Shown: positions 47,216-57,357 of the stretch, piece by piece
Layout: each line of letters starts with the position of its first letter
Numbering within the stretch: the stretch's first letter is position 1
DNA from: Spirochaetia bacterium
GTDB taxonomy: Bacteria; Spirochaetota; Spirochaetia; UBA9216
Assembly: GCA_963677925.2 (NCBI GenBank)
Contig: CAXXYH010000003.1
Span: 640,001-704,000, forward strand
Length of the DNA stretch: 64,000 nt
Direction: 5' to 3'
Made by a program: the position numbers and the translations under genes
Notes under the pieces: generated by a model
What the model saw: the letters and a program-made list of their open reading frames with translations, nothing else
Databases searched by the model: none
Told to the model about the DNA's origin: nothing

Positions 47216-48856
47216 TTAATAAGTTCCCGGTGTATATGTCTCGCCTGAATCATACCAGGCTTCAAAGAGCTCCCGCCATGTTTCAACAGTACCGTCACTG
47301 TCAGAGTCTGCAAAATCAATATTACCGTATAGGTAAGTCGAACCCATTTCTGTTTGGGTATCAAGCGCCGTATACCACCATTGGTAGGCATAATGTGAAT
47401 AACTGTTATATATTTCTTCCCCATGGGAAAAGAATATTGAAAGCCCACGTACAGCAGCTGAATCATCTGTTTCATAAAAAGAAGTTATAGTCTCAAAACT
47501 TGTACCGGAATACTCGCCGAAACAGGCAATTACCGCGTTATCAAGAGCAGTTAAAACATTATCCGCAGCAGTATATACATCACCGGAGGTATAGTATGAC
47601 TGCAGGACCAGACAGAAATCATAAATATCAGTATATGGGATAGATACAGGTTCAGTAGTCGAGTCTTTTGCGTAATAGTAAAGAGCTTCATCGCGGTATG
47701 TCTCAATATTGGACTGCTCACCTGCATTGTAAAGCGCTGCAGCCAGCGCATCTATTGCGGTTTTCAATTCATCGACATATGACAGATCAACGGCAGTCAT
47801 AGTATTCTGATAGGTAGACGATGATGTTGAGGCCTGAAACTGTGTTACTATCTCAACAGCAAGCTCCTGTGCGGATGGTATATCACCTGCAGTATTAAAC
47901 AGTCCGGAACCGAAGAGTTCAGAATAATCCCAGCCGTATCCCCATTCACTCGCAGGCGAGGCTGCATAATAGTCTGCAAGATTTCTAAACTCATAGGCAA
48001 TTTCAACAGTCCCCATCAGACAGGCGTCTATACCGATGATATCAAGCATGGAGGAACCGAGAGCAGAGGAAATAGCCTGCTGTACTTCATCCATATACAT
48101 TATATCCCCGCCGGAAGTTTCATCTTCAGCTATCTGTTTACTGATTTCAGAACCTGAATCAATAGAACGTGCTCCATTACCATGGTTCCACATTACAAGT
48201 GCATTCTTTGTTGACGCGTAATTATCGAGACCGTATTCAATAAAAGCCTGCAAAATATCAGGATCTGCCATATTTACTTCGTTATCTACGATAAAGTCAG
48301 CATACAGAACTGATGAAGCGATGGAGGAACTGCTGTTATCAGGTGATATCAGATAGAGTGTTGTATTGTTACTCCCCTTAGCATCAGCAAGTACCAGAAT
48401 TTTCAACTCCTCCTGAATACCGGCATTACCGGCAGTAAGAGCATTATAGAGGCCTTCTTCCATTTCATTTATGTCATACGGCATTACTGGAGAAAGTGAG
48501 TTATCACCTGCCATATAAACCATTACAGTCCAGCCGTCACCGGATTCCGCGAAGTCTGCGGACAGTGAAATATCATCATCAGGCATCTGAATCTGAATTT
48601 CACGGGTTCCTGATGAATCCACTACATAACCGGTATCACCGTTCCAGCCTGCAAAATAATATCCGTCATCAGGCTGAGCATTAACCGTGACAAGTTCATC
48701 TTCAGTGTATTCATATCCCGATGGGTCAACAGTCACAGACCCGCCGGCCGAAGAATCAACAGTAAGAGTATACTTAGGTGCACATGAATTTATTGAAAAT
48801 ATTGCCGCAGCAATTCCGGCAGTAAATATTATCCGTTTCATCATAGAAGTCATCAT
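47216..48856 (-). CDS. Clostripain-family (C11) cysteine peptidase lipoprotein with an N-terminal divergent B-repeat
   Basis: Lipobox INSC; YTLTV...GYYFAGW repeat; WTVMVYMAGDN; catalytic His in WNHGNG and Cys in DACLM. Start may be a few Met codons downstream. Confidence 0.88.
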   Translation of the reverse strand: MMTSMMKRIIFTAGIAAAIFSINSCAPKYTLTVDSSAGGSVTVDPSGYEYTEDELVTVNAQPDDGYYFAGWNGDTGYVVDSSGTREIQIQMPDDDISLSADFAESGDGWTVMVYMAGDNSLSPVMPYDINEMEEGLYNALTAGNAGIQEELKILVLADAKGSNNTTLYLISPDNSSSSIASSVLYADFIVDNEVNMADPDILQAFIEYGLDNYASTKNALVMWNHGNGARSIDSGSEISKQIAEDETSGGDIMYMDEVQQAISSALGSSMLDIIGIDACLMGTVEIAYEFRNLADYYAASPASEWGYGWDYSELFGSGLFNTAGDIPSAQELAVEIVTQFQASTSSSTYQNTMTAVDLSYVDELKTAIDALAAALYNAGEQSNIETYRDEALYYYAKDSTTEPVSIPYTDIYDFCLVLQSYYTSGDVYTAADNVLTALDNAVIACFGEYSGTSFETITSFYETDDSAAVRGLSIFFSHGEEIYNSYSHYAYQWWYTALDTQTEMGSTYLYGNIDFADSDSDGTVETWRELFEAWYDSGETYTPGTY

Positions 48857-48973
48857 ATATCAAATATAACGCAATGAAACACTAAGGCCAAAGCTTTATC
48901 TCAATATTTACAATCAGGTAACAAAATTTACATATACCCGCAGCAGAATTTACAATATACTTCTAACAAAGTA

Positions 48974-51025
48974 ATGATTCGAAAAAGATCGCTAAGCAGT
49001 ACAATAAGATACGCCATAATAATGTTCAGTCTGGTTACTGTGATATCCGCAGCTGTGGTTTTTACATCTATCACTGTATTTTCCGGATTCAGAAACATCA
49101 ACAGTGACATAGAGCTGTTCATTGAGTCCCAGAGGAATCTTGCCGAGGCAGAAACAAAGCATGCAGTTGAATATATCTACCACACCAGGTTCAATTCCGA
49201 ATATACAGAGACGGCAAAGAAGACAATCATAAACTGGATAAATGTATATAAATTCAATCTGCTGTTCGATCAGGAAAGCTCATTCGTTATATATAACGGT
49301 AACGGCCTGCTTATTGCAGGAGAAGAATCCGAAGACTTCGGTGATATTGCAAACGGAAACATACATTCCGCCCGGAAAAAACTGCTTTCAGTCATAAAGG
49401 ATATTCTCCCCCTTTCTCCTTACGGAAGCCAGGTCTGCATGAGTTCTCAAACTGCAGAATGCGCGGGAGCTTCATGTACATTCTGCGGATATGCAGCATC
49501 CATACCTGATTGGGACTGGTACATTTTTACCCGGGTAAAGCATGAACCGACAATTACTTACAGAAGACTCAAGCAGAAACATCTGCTGGTAACAACATTA
49601 ATCAGTACTTTCGCAGCGGCAATGACCACAGTACTGCTGCTTTTTTTAAGTTTCAGGCAGAGCCGAAAATTTTCAAATTCAATTGCTGACAGTTTTAAAA
49701 AACTCGACTCCTATTTTTCCGGAGAAATTGAAGCCGACCATATTGCTGAAGAACAGGATATTGAGTATCAGGAATTCATCAATCTGGCCAGATACTCAAT
49801 TGTAACGCTGAAACAGAAAGAAACCGCTCAAAAGCATCTTTCTACGGCACTTCAAATTTCAGGCTATATTTCCTGGGAGTATGATATAGAAAGCGGAAGT
49901 ATAAGCCATCCGGATAACCTTACAAGCCGTGAGTTCAAAGCCTATTCAGAAATGGTTGTAACTCCTGAAAATCTTTCAGAGAAGAACCTTGCCCCCTTAT
50001 ACGGCAACAAGGCGGAACAGCTTTTCCGGCATATAAAATCAGGAAAAGAGAACAGTATTTATATGGAATATAAATTAAGGATAAACCACGAAACTGAGAA
50101 GTGGTTTAACCTCTATTATCAGATTACCCAGGCAGACGCCGACGGGAAGCCTTCGAGACTTCTTGGAATAGCAAGCGATATAACAGAAAAGGTTAATATG
50201 TCGGAAATGGTTATTCAGTCTGAAAAAATGCTGTCTGCAGGCAGTCTGGCCGCCGGGGTAGCACATGAGCTGAACAATCCGCTTGCCGGGATAATTCAGA
50301 ACGCCTATGTTCTTAAAAACAGGCTCGATCCGGAACTTGAAAAGAATCAGAGTGCGGCGGATAAAACAGGAATTTCAATGGAGCAGCTCGCAGAATACTG
50401 TAATACAAGAGGTATCATCAGGCTGCTCGACGATATAATGTCATCTGGAAGAAGGGCCGCCGATATAATAAGCGATATGCTTGTTTTCAGCAGGAAAAGC
50501 CGGACCAGTATGTCAGCCCAGAGGCTGAGTGAGATCCTTGATAAGACTATCCAGCTTGCATCCAGCGATTACGAGCTGAAAAAAAAGTACAGATTTAAAG
50601 ATATTGAAATCAAAAGAAGTTATGATAATGATGAGACCGAAGTCATGTGTGAACCTGAAAAAATGGGACAGGTATTCTTCAATATACTAAAAAACGGAGC
50701 CCAGGCAATGGCCTCAAAAGTTTATGAGGATGGTATAAAACCCTGTTTCTGTCTCAGCGTTAAAAATACTGTCCACGGAGTTCAGGTTGCTATTGAAGAC
50801 AATGGTCCCGGTTTGTCCGAAAAGCTCCGCAGCAAGATTATCGAACCTTTTTTCACAACTAAGCAGGCCTCAGAGGGGACGGGGCTTGGATTATCAATCT
50901 CATACTATATAATTACTGACAAACACAAGGGAAAAATGTATATTGAATCGGAAGAAATGGAATGGACCAGATTTATTATAGAACTCCCCGCAGAGGATCG
51001 GAATGATAACAGTTCTTACAATTGA
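48974..51025 (+). CDS. Membrane sensor histidine kinase (extracytoplasmic domain, PAS, HisKA, HATPase)
   Basis: Two TMs; SEKM...LAAGVAHELNNPL; NILKNGAQA, DNGPG, PFFTTK, GTGLGL. Confidence 0.9.
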   Translation: MIRKRSLSSTIRYAIIMFSLVTVISAAVVFTSITVFSGFRNINSDIELFIESQRNLAEAETKHAVEYIYHTRFNSEYTETAKKTIINWINVYKFNLLFDQESSFVIYNGNGLLIAGEESEDFGDIANGNIHSARKKLLSVIKDILPLSPYGSQVCMSSQTAECAGASCTFCGYAASIPDWDWYIFTRVKHEPTITYRRLKQKHLLVTTLISTFAAAMTTVLLLFLSFRQSRKFSNSIADSFKKLDSYFSGEIEADHIAEEQDIEYQEFINLARYSIVTLKQKETAQKHLSTALQISGYISWEYDIESGSISHPDNLTSREFKAYSEMVVTPENLSEKNLAPLYGNKAEQLFRHIKSGKENSIYMEYKLRINHETEKWFNLYYQITQADADGKPSRLLGIASDITEKVNMSEMVIQSEKMLSAGSLAAGVAHELNNPLAGIIQNAYVLKNRLDPELEKNQSAADKTGISMEQLAEYCNTRGIIRLLDDIMSSGRRAADIISDMLVFSRKSRTSMSAQRLSEILDKTIQLASSDYELKKKYRFKDIEIKRSYDNDETEVMCEPEKMGQVFFNILKNGAQAMASKVYEDGIKPCFCLSVKNTVHGVQVAIEDNGPGLSEKLRSKIIEPFFTTKQASEGTGLGLSISYYIITDKHKGKMYIESEEMEWTRFIIELPAEDRNDNSSYN

Positions 51026-52967
51026 TGATGAAAAAGCAGTACGAAACTCAATAAAAGAATTTCTGGAAGATTACGATTATGCTGTGATTGAAGCGGAAAA
51101 TGGTGAAGAGGGAATAGATATATTCAAAGACCTTAATCCCGATGCGGTTCTGATTGATCTGAGAATGCCGGGCATGGACGGTCTTGAAGTTGTCAAAATA
51201 ATGCACAGTATTTCAGACACAATACCCCTGATTGTAGTGTCAGGAGCCGGTGAAATTTCTACAGCCATTGACGCCCTGCACAGCGGCGCCTGGGATTATA
51301 TTCTGAAACCAATAGGCGATATGGAAATTCTTCGTTCAGCCATCACCAAGACCCTTGCCCGAAGCAGACAGAGAAAGAAAGACAGGCTTTACCAGCAGCA
51401 TCTTGAAGAAGAAGTTTCAAGAAAAACAGCAGAACTTGAAGAAAAAAGCCGGCAGCTTTCTGATTTTAACAGCAGGCTTAACAAAGTAATAAACTCAACA
51501 ATATCCATTACAACAGTTCGCCGTATGCGTGAAATGGGAATCAGAATTCTGGATGATTTCGGCACACATCTCATGGCAACCGGCGGAAGCATATATCTCA
51601 AGGAAGATAAGGGCCTGAGGCTTGTTCATGCTCTTGACAGAGGACATGCCGAAGAGTTCATCCCCTTCCCTTTAAGAGAGAAATCTGTTTTCAGGAAAGT
51701 ACTTGAAGAAGGGAAAAGCATTCTGATAAACAATATAGACAGTTTTCCGGATCTTCATTCCAGCGGTTACGAAGGATATACCGATTCATCCTTTATGGTA
51801 TTCCCGCTGCCTGATCATAACGGAAATGTCATAGGTCTTCTCTCCATGCACAGCAAAACAAATCCTCCCTTCGTTTCAGAGGATAAGGAACTGGGACTGC
51901 TTTTATCCATCTTTTTTAAAGAAGCAACCAGAAATGTGCAGTCTGAAAAACAGATCGAATACCAGGAATCAAGATACAAGCGAATTACAGAGAATGTTGA
52001 AGCCATTGTCTTTTCTTATTCAATACCTGAGAATAGATTTGATTTCATGAATTCATCCTTCGAATTCATAACCGGCTATCCCGTAGAGAAAACTGCAAAT
52101 CTTGACATGGAAGGACTTGTAGATCTTCTTCAGATTGCTCCAAAAAATGAATTTCTTTCAGCTTATTCTCAGCTTCTCAGCGGAGAAAGTTCCGGAAACG
52201 GTGCTGAGTATATGATTATCGATGCCTCAGGAAGAAGCCGATGGCTGTATCAGAAAGCAATAAGCATATCCGATCCGAATGGAATTCCGGTTACAATCGA
52301 GGGTTTAATCACTGATGTAAGCCGGCAGAAGGAAATACAGGAAGAACTTCAGAGGACGCTTACAGAGAAAGACTTTCTGATAAGTGAAATAAATCACCGT
52401 GTTAAGAATAATATGCAGCTGATATCCAGCCTCCTTTCACTGCAGGAACAGCAGAGTGATAATATGCTCGTTGTTAGAAAGATGAAAGCGGCAAGAGACA
52501 GAATTGAATCGATGGCCCTTGTGCATGATAATATCTACAGCGAAGACAAAATTCCGTCTATTAATGTAACGAATTATATCAGCAAACTGATATCCAATAT
52601 GAGAGACAATCATGCCGTTGGTCCGAACATCAAGGTAGATATAGATGTTGAATCTTTCCAGCTTGATTTGGACAGGGCGGTGCTCTGCGGTCTCCTGATA
52701 AACGAAGTTGTTTCAAACAGCTTCACCCACGCCTTTCCCCGAAGCGGCAAGGGAGTCGTACGGATAAACATCTTTTCGCAGGACGAATCATATGTACTTG
52801 CAGTCTCCGATAACGGGATAGGATTTGATCCCCAGAGAGCGGACATTGAAACAAGAGGCCTGGGCCTTGATATAATCAAAAGCCTTGCATTTCAGCTCAA
52901 CGGAGTTCTGCAGATTAGCGGTGAAGAAGGAACCCTGGTACAGATATCCTTCCCCGCCGGCTTTTAA
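51003..52967 (+). CDS. Hybrid REC-GAF-PAS-HisKA_2 kinase
   Basis: IDDE...DLRMPGMDG...KP receiver; EINHRVKNN H-box; NEVVSNSFTHAF, DNGIG, GLG. Confidence 0.88.
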   Translation: MITVLTIDDEKAVRNSIKEFLEDYDYAVIEAENGEEGIDIFKDLNPDAVLIDLRMPGMDGLEVVKIMHSISDTIPLIVVSGAGEISTAIDALHSGAWDYILKPIGDMEILRSAITKTLARSRQRKKDRLYQQHLEEEVSRKTAELEEKSRQLSDFNSRLNKVINSTISITTVRRMREMGIRILDDFGTHLMATGGSIYLKEDKGLRLVHALDRGHAEEFIPFPLREKSVFRKVLEEGKSILINNIDSFPDLHSSGYEGYTDSSFMVFPLPDHNGNVIGLLSMHSKTNPPFVSEDKELGLLLSIFFKEATRNVQSEKQIEYQESRYKRITENVEAIVFSYSIPENRFDFMNSSFEFITGYPVEKTANLDMEGLVDLLQIAPKNEFLSAYSQLLSGESSGNGAEYMIIDASGRSRWLYQKAISISDPNGIPVTIEGLITDVSRQKEIQEELQRTLTEKDFLISEINHRVKNNMQLISSLLSLQEQQSDNMLVVRKMKAARDRIESMALVHDNIYSEDKIPSINVTNYISKLISNMRDNHAVGPNIKVDIDVESFQLDLDRAVLCGLLINEVVSNSFTHAFPRSGKGVVRINIFSQDESYVLAVSDNGIGFDPQRADIETRGLGLDIIKSLAFQLNGVLQISGEEGTLVQISFPAGF

Positions 52968-52986
52968 ATATACTGAGAGGAATTTT

Positions 52987-54288
52987 ATGAACATTAATAT
53001 TCGCAGATGGAGTTCACTGTCTGAAGATGAAAAAAAACAGATTTTCTCAAGATCTGAAACAGATATAAGTAATATCAGTTCTTCCGTTCAGAACATAATT
53101 GACGAGGTTAAAGAAAGGGGAGATGAAGCCCTTTACGAACTTACAGCAAAATTTGACAAGGTTAATCTGAAAGGAATACCGCTCCGGGTAACCGAAGCAG
53201 AATTCCGTGAAGCCTCTAATCTTATCGATGATGAACTGAAGAAGGCTCTTGAGTTTTCCATTGAAAACGTAAAAAAATTCCATAAAAGCCAGCTTCCCGA
53301 GGCAATGAGCTTCAGCGAGGTCAGACCCGGGATCTTTGCAGGTGAAAGAGCAACATCCATTGAGTCCGTAGGGCTGTATGTCCCCCGCGGCAGAGGCAGT
53401 TTTCCTTCAATGCTTTACATGCTGGCGGTACCCGCAGTTATTGCCGGGGTCGAAAGAATCGTTATCGTAACCCCGCCCAATGAGGATGGTACCGTTGATC
53501 CGGCATGTCTTTATGCTGCAGAATTATGCGGAGTAAAAGAGATTTACCGAATCGGCGGGGCGCAGGCAATTGCCGCACTTGCACTTGGAACCGAAAGTAT
53601 TAAGCCGGTTATCAAGCTATCCGGCCCCGGAAGCATGTATGTTGCCGCGGCAAAGCGGCTGCTGTCTTCAGTTGTTGATGCCGGACTTCCGGCAGGTCCT
53701 TCCGAATCTGTGGTACTTGCAGACAGTACTGCTGATCCTTTCAAGGCAGCTATTGATCTGCTTATTGAAGCAGAACACGGTTCTGATTCATCAGCCCTTC
53801 TGATTACGCCTTCAGAGGAGCTTGCACAGAAGGCAGCAGCTGTACTTGCTGAAAAAGCAGAGGCACTGCCGGAACCCAGAAAAACATTTGTAACTGACGT
53901 ACTCTCCGGATACGGGGGAATTATAATTACAGACTCGATAGATGAAGCCGCTGAAATAATCAATGATTTTGCACCCGAACATCTGCAGATTCAGGCCGAA
54001 GATCCATTCGATCTGCTTCCGCTAATTAAAAACGCAGGAGAGATTCTCATGGGTGATAATACCCCCTTCTCCATTGCAAACTACTCAACCGGGGCAAATG
54101 CTGTACTTCCAACAGGCGGCGGAGCAAAAACCTACTCCGCAGTATCGGTACGTGATTTTATCAAATACAGTTCGGTTGTATACGCCAGTGCTTCAGGCCT
54201 TAAGGAAACCGCAAAGCATGTTAAAACTCTTGCTGACTATGAAGGCTTTGTTACCCATGCCGCAGCACTTCGAGACAGAGGCCTTTAA
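52987..54288 (+). CDS. hisD: Histidinol dehydrogenase (variant active-site motifs)
   Basis: GLYVP, GGAQAIAALA, GPG, AGPSE, EAEH, APEHL, LPTGG. Start ATG 52987 after GAGG. Confidence 0.85.
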   Translation: MNINIRRWSSLSEDEKKQIFSRSETDISNISSSVQNIIDEVKERGDEALYELTAKFDKVNLKGIPLRVTEAEFREASNLIDDELKKALEFSIENVKKFHKSQLPEAMSFSEVRPGIFAGERATSIESVGLYVPRGRGSFPSMLYMLAVPAVIAGVERIVIVTPPNEDGTVDPACLYAAELCGVKEIYRIGGAQAIAALALGTESIKPVIKLSGPGSMYVAAAKRLLSSVVDAGLPAGPSESVVLADSTADPFKAAIDLLIEAEHGSDSSALLITPSEELAQKAAAVLAEKAEALPEPRKTFVTDVLSGYGGIIITDSIDEAAEIINDFAPEHLQIQAEDPFDLLPLIKNAGEILMGDNTPFSIANYSTGANAVLPTGGGAKTYSAVSVRDFIKYSSVVYASASGLKETAKHVKTLADYEGFVTHAAALRDRGL

Positions 54289-54294
54289 TTTTCA

Positions 54295-55590
54295 ATGCGG
54301 TTCAATTCGGCAGAAGAAGCATTTACTCATCTTGAATCACTGAATAATCTCGAAAAGACTCCAAGTCTTACCGCCCGTGAATACCGTCTCGATCGAATGA
54401 AGGCTCTTCTGCCGGTGTTCGGCAACCCGCAGGAATCATTTAAATCAATCCATGTTGCAGGGTCAAAGGGCAAAGGGTCCACTTCAGCCTTTGCAGCTTT
54501 CATACTTAAGGCGGCAGGGTACAGAACCGGACTTTTTGTTTCACCTCACATAGAGACATATAAAGAACGTATAAGCCTCTGCGGTGAATACTTTAAGGAT
54601 AATGTTTACATTGAAACCATCACTGAGATGGTTGAAACTATCGAAGCTCTTCCGGACGGAGTTCTTCCGCCGGGGGGACCTCCTACCACCTTTGAACTGC
54701 TTACTCTTCTCGCTTTTCTTATTTTCAGGAAAGAAGGTATTGAATGGGCGGTCTTTGAAACCGGGCTCGGGGGGCGTCTTGATGCTACAAACGTTCTGAC
54801 TCCCGAAGCCTGTATACTTACCCCCATTGAACTGGAGCACACCGAGTTTCTGGGAAATACAATAGCAGAAATTGCAGGAGAAAAGGCCGGGATAATAAAA
54901 AACGGCGTACCTGTATTTTCCTCAGCCCAGAAAGCAGAAGCAGCTGAGGTATTCAGGAACAAGGCTGCTCAGATGAACTCAACACTTTGTTTTTTTCCTG
55001 ATGTACTGGATAATATTGAAATGAAAGATCCCTTTCATGCTCTGTTTAAATGGAAAAACGGGACAGCTGAGGTTTTGACTCTGAAGATGTGCGGACGTAT
55101 TCAAGCTGAAAATGCTGCCCTTGCTTCATTGTGTATCAGAAGTCTTATTCCCGGACTCAATACTGCTTCCGGAATCGAAACGGCTTCCCTGCCCGGAAGA
55201 AGCGAGCTCTTTCCGAATGTTTTGGGAACAGATTCTTCGATAATGATTGACGGAGCACACACCCCTGTATCCGTAGTTATAGCAGCAGAAGCCTTTAAAT
55301 CAGTTTACGGAAGCGGAACGCTGATCTTCGGGGCTGTTGACGGCAAGGATATAAGGGGAATGGCGCAGAACATCTGCAGACACTTCAGCACAATCATCAT
55401 TTCGACTCCGGGCAGTTTCAAACCGAACTCCCCTGAAACTGTATTTGAAATATTCAGAGAAATAAATCCTGATACTGTATTGGAGCTGAATCCAGAAACC
55501 GCACTTTCCGCTGCATTAGAAAAAGGCGGGCCGGTACTTGTTACCGGAAGCTTTTACATGGCTGCAGAAATAAGAAAACTCATAAGCTGA
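54295..55590 (+). CDS. folC: Folylpolyglutamate/dihydrofolate synthase
   Basis: HVAGSKGKGS, SPH, ETGLGGRLDATN, EKAGIIK, DGAHT, TGSFY. Confidence 0.93.
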   Translation: MRFNSAEEAFTHLESLNNLEKTPSLTAREYRLDRMKALLPVFGNPQESFKSIHVAGSKGKGSTSAFAAFILKAAGYRTGLFVSPHIETYKERISLCGEYFKDNVYIETITEMVETIEALPDGVLPPGGPPTTFELLTLLAFLIFRKEGIEWAVFETGLGGRLDATNVLTPEACILTPIELEHTEFLGNTIAEIAGEKAGIIKNGVPVFSSAQKAEAAEVFRNKAAQMNSTLCFFPDVLDNIEMKDPFHALFKWKNGTAEVLTLKMCGRIQAENAALASLCIRSLIPGLNTASGIETASLPGRSELFPNVLGTDSSIMIDGAHTPVSVVIAAEAFKSVYGSGTLIFGAVDGKDIRGMAQNICRHFSTIIISTPGSFKPNSPETVFEIFREINPDTVLELNPETALSAALEKGGPVLVTGSFYMAAEIRKLIS

Positions 55591-55666
55591 CTAAAATCCT
55601 GCTGACAATAATTATTACTTCAGATAATATATGAATGCCTTTAAACTATTTATATGGAGTCATAAG

Positions 55667-56719
55667 ATGTTTGCAGACAGAATGAACCAGCTTACTCCCT
55701 ACGTACCGGGAGAGCAGCCGCAGGACGGACAGTATATTAAACTGAATACCAATGAAAATCCCTATCCCCCTACACCAAAAATTCTTGATTTCCTGCAGAC
55801 ATTCGATCATTCAAGGCTCAGACTCTATCCCGAACCGACATCACTGAAGCTCAGGAAGGCCATAGCCGATGACAATAACCTGAAACCGGAAAATGTCTTT
55901 ATAGGAAACGGTTCAGATGAGGTTCTCTCTTTTGTTTTCTTCGGATTCTTTGACGGTAAAAACGGTCCCCTGCTGTTCCCGGAGTTCACCTACTCATTTT
56001 ACCCTGTGTATTCCGGCTTTTACTCTATTCCTTACAAGAAGGTTCCGCTGAAAGCAGATTTTTCACTCGATATCGACAGCTATCTTAAAGAAAAATCCAC
56101 AGGTATAATTGTTCCGAATCCCAACGCACCGACAGGAGTCTGTCTGACTCTCGATGAGATTAAATATCTGCTTGATTCATACCCTTCCGACCGGCTTGTA
56201 TGCATAGATGAAGCCTACATAGCATTCGGAGGAGAAAGCGCAGCATCGCTGATAGAATCCTACAGCAATCTGCTTGTAGTAAGAACCTTCTCCAAAAGCT
56301 CTTCGCTTGCAGGCCTGCGACTCGGCTATGCACTTGGTGCACCGGAGCTTATTACAGCATTGAACACCGTGAAAGATTCCTTTAATTCCTACCCGGTAGA
56401 CCTCATTGCGCAGACCTGCGGAGAACTTGCAGTTACAGACAGTACCTACTCTAAGGAAATTATCTCAAAAATTATTAATACAAGGGAATGGTTTACATCA
56501 GAAATCGAAGAATCCGGCTGGGAAGTCCTGCCATCCAAAGCAAATTTTGTATTCGCAAGAAAACAGGGATTAAACGGTGAGGAAGTATATTCTAAGCTTA
56601 AGAACAAAAAAATACTGGTACGTTATTTTAATAAACCCGGTATTGATGACTTTGTCAGAATTACAATCGGAACGGATGAAGATATGAAAACACTCGTTGA
56701 GGCTTTGAAAAGTCTCTGA
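55667..56719 (+). CDS. hisC: Histidinol-phosphate aminotransferase
   Basis: KLNTNENPY, GNGSDE, NPNAPTG, DEAY, RTFSKSSSLAGLRLG. Start ATG 55667 after GGAG. Confidence 0.93.
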   Translation: MFADRMNQLTPYVPGEQPQDGQYIKLNTNENPYPPTPKILDFLQTFDHSRLRLYPEPTSLKLRKAIADDNNLKPENVFIGNGSDEVLSFVFFGFFDGKNGPLLFPEFTYSFYPVYSGFYSIPYKKVPLKADFSLDIDSYLKEKSTGIIVPNPNAPTGVCLTLDEIKYLLDSYPSDRLVCIDEAYIAFGGESAASLIESYSNLLVVRTFSKSSSLAGLRLGYALGAPELITALNTVKDSFNSYPVDLIAQTCGELAVTDSTYSKEIISKIINTREWFTSEIEESGWEVLPSKANFVFARKQGLNGEEVYSKLKNKKILVRYFNKPGIDDFVRITIGTDEDMKTLVEALKSL

Positions 56720-56793
56720 ATTTCGACTTTTTCTGATTATACGGCAATTTTACTGTAGACAGTTCTGCTTTCGTGCTCTTATCATATTAATCT

Positions 56794-57348
56794 ATGGAGA
56801 AGATTCCTTCAGACAGACTGCGTTTTGTAGTCGGTGATATAACGGTCCTTGATGTTGACGCAATCGTTAACGCAGCCAATTCCAGTCTTCTTGGAGGCGG
56901 CGGTGTTGACGGCGCCATACACAGGGCCGGAGGTCCGGTTATCCTTGATGAATGCAGGGATATACGCACTCACAGATATCCTGAGGGGCTGCCGCCCGGA
57001 CGAGCTGTACTGACCAGCGGAGGAACAATGCCCTGTGAATATGTTATTCACACCGTAGGTCCCATATGGCACGGCGGCAAAAGCGGTGAACGCGAAACGC
57101 TGGCCAACGCCTACCGGAATTCACTCAAGCTTGCGGCGGAAACCGGGATTAAAACAATTGCTTTTCCTTCCATTTCAACCGGAGTATACGGATTTCCGAA
57201 AAAACTGGCTAATGAAATTGCAGTAGACACAATTTCGGCACATCTGCAAAGCAGCAGTCTCCCGCGCGAGGTTACCCTCGTTTTCTTCAGTGAGAAAGAT
57301 GCGGATATATATTCAGAGGTGCTTGATAAGCTTAAGATGTCCGTATAG
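56794..57348 (+). CDS. Macrodomain O-acetyl-ADP-ribose deacetylase (YmdB-like)
   Basis: GDIT, VNAAN, GGGGVDGAIH, HTVGP, FPSISTGVYGFP. Confidence 0.92.
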   Translation: MEKIPSDRLRFVVGDITVLDVDAIVNAANSSLLGGGGVDGAIHRAGGPVILDECRDIRTHRYPEGLPPGRAVLTSGGTMPCEYVIHTVGPIWHGGKSGERETLANAYRNSLKLAAETGIKTIAFPSISTGVYGFPKKLANEIAVDTISAHLQSSSLPREVTLVFFSEKDADIYSEVLDKLKMSV

Positions 57349-57357
57349 AATTCCCGA

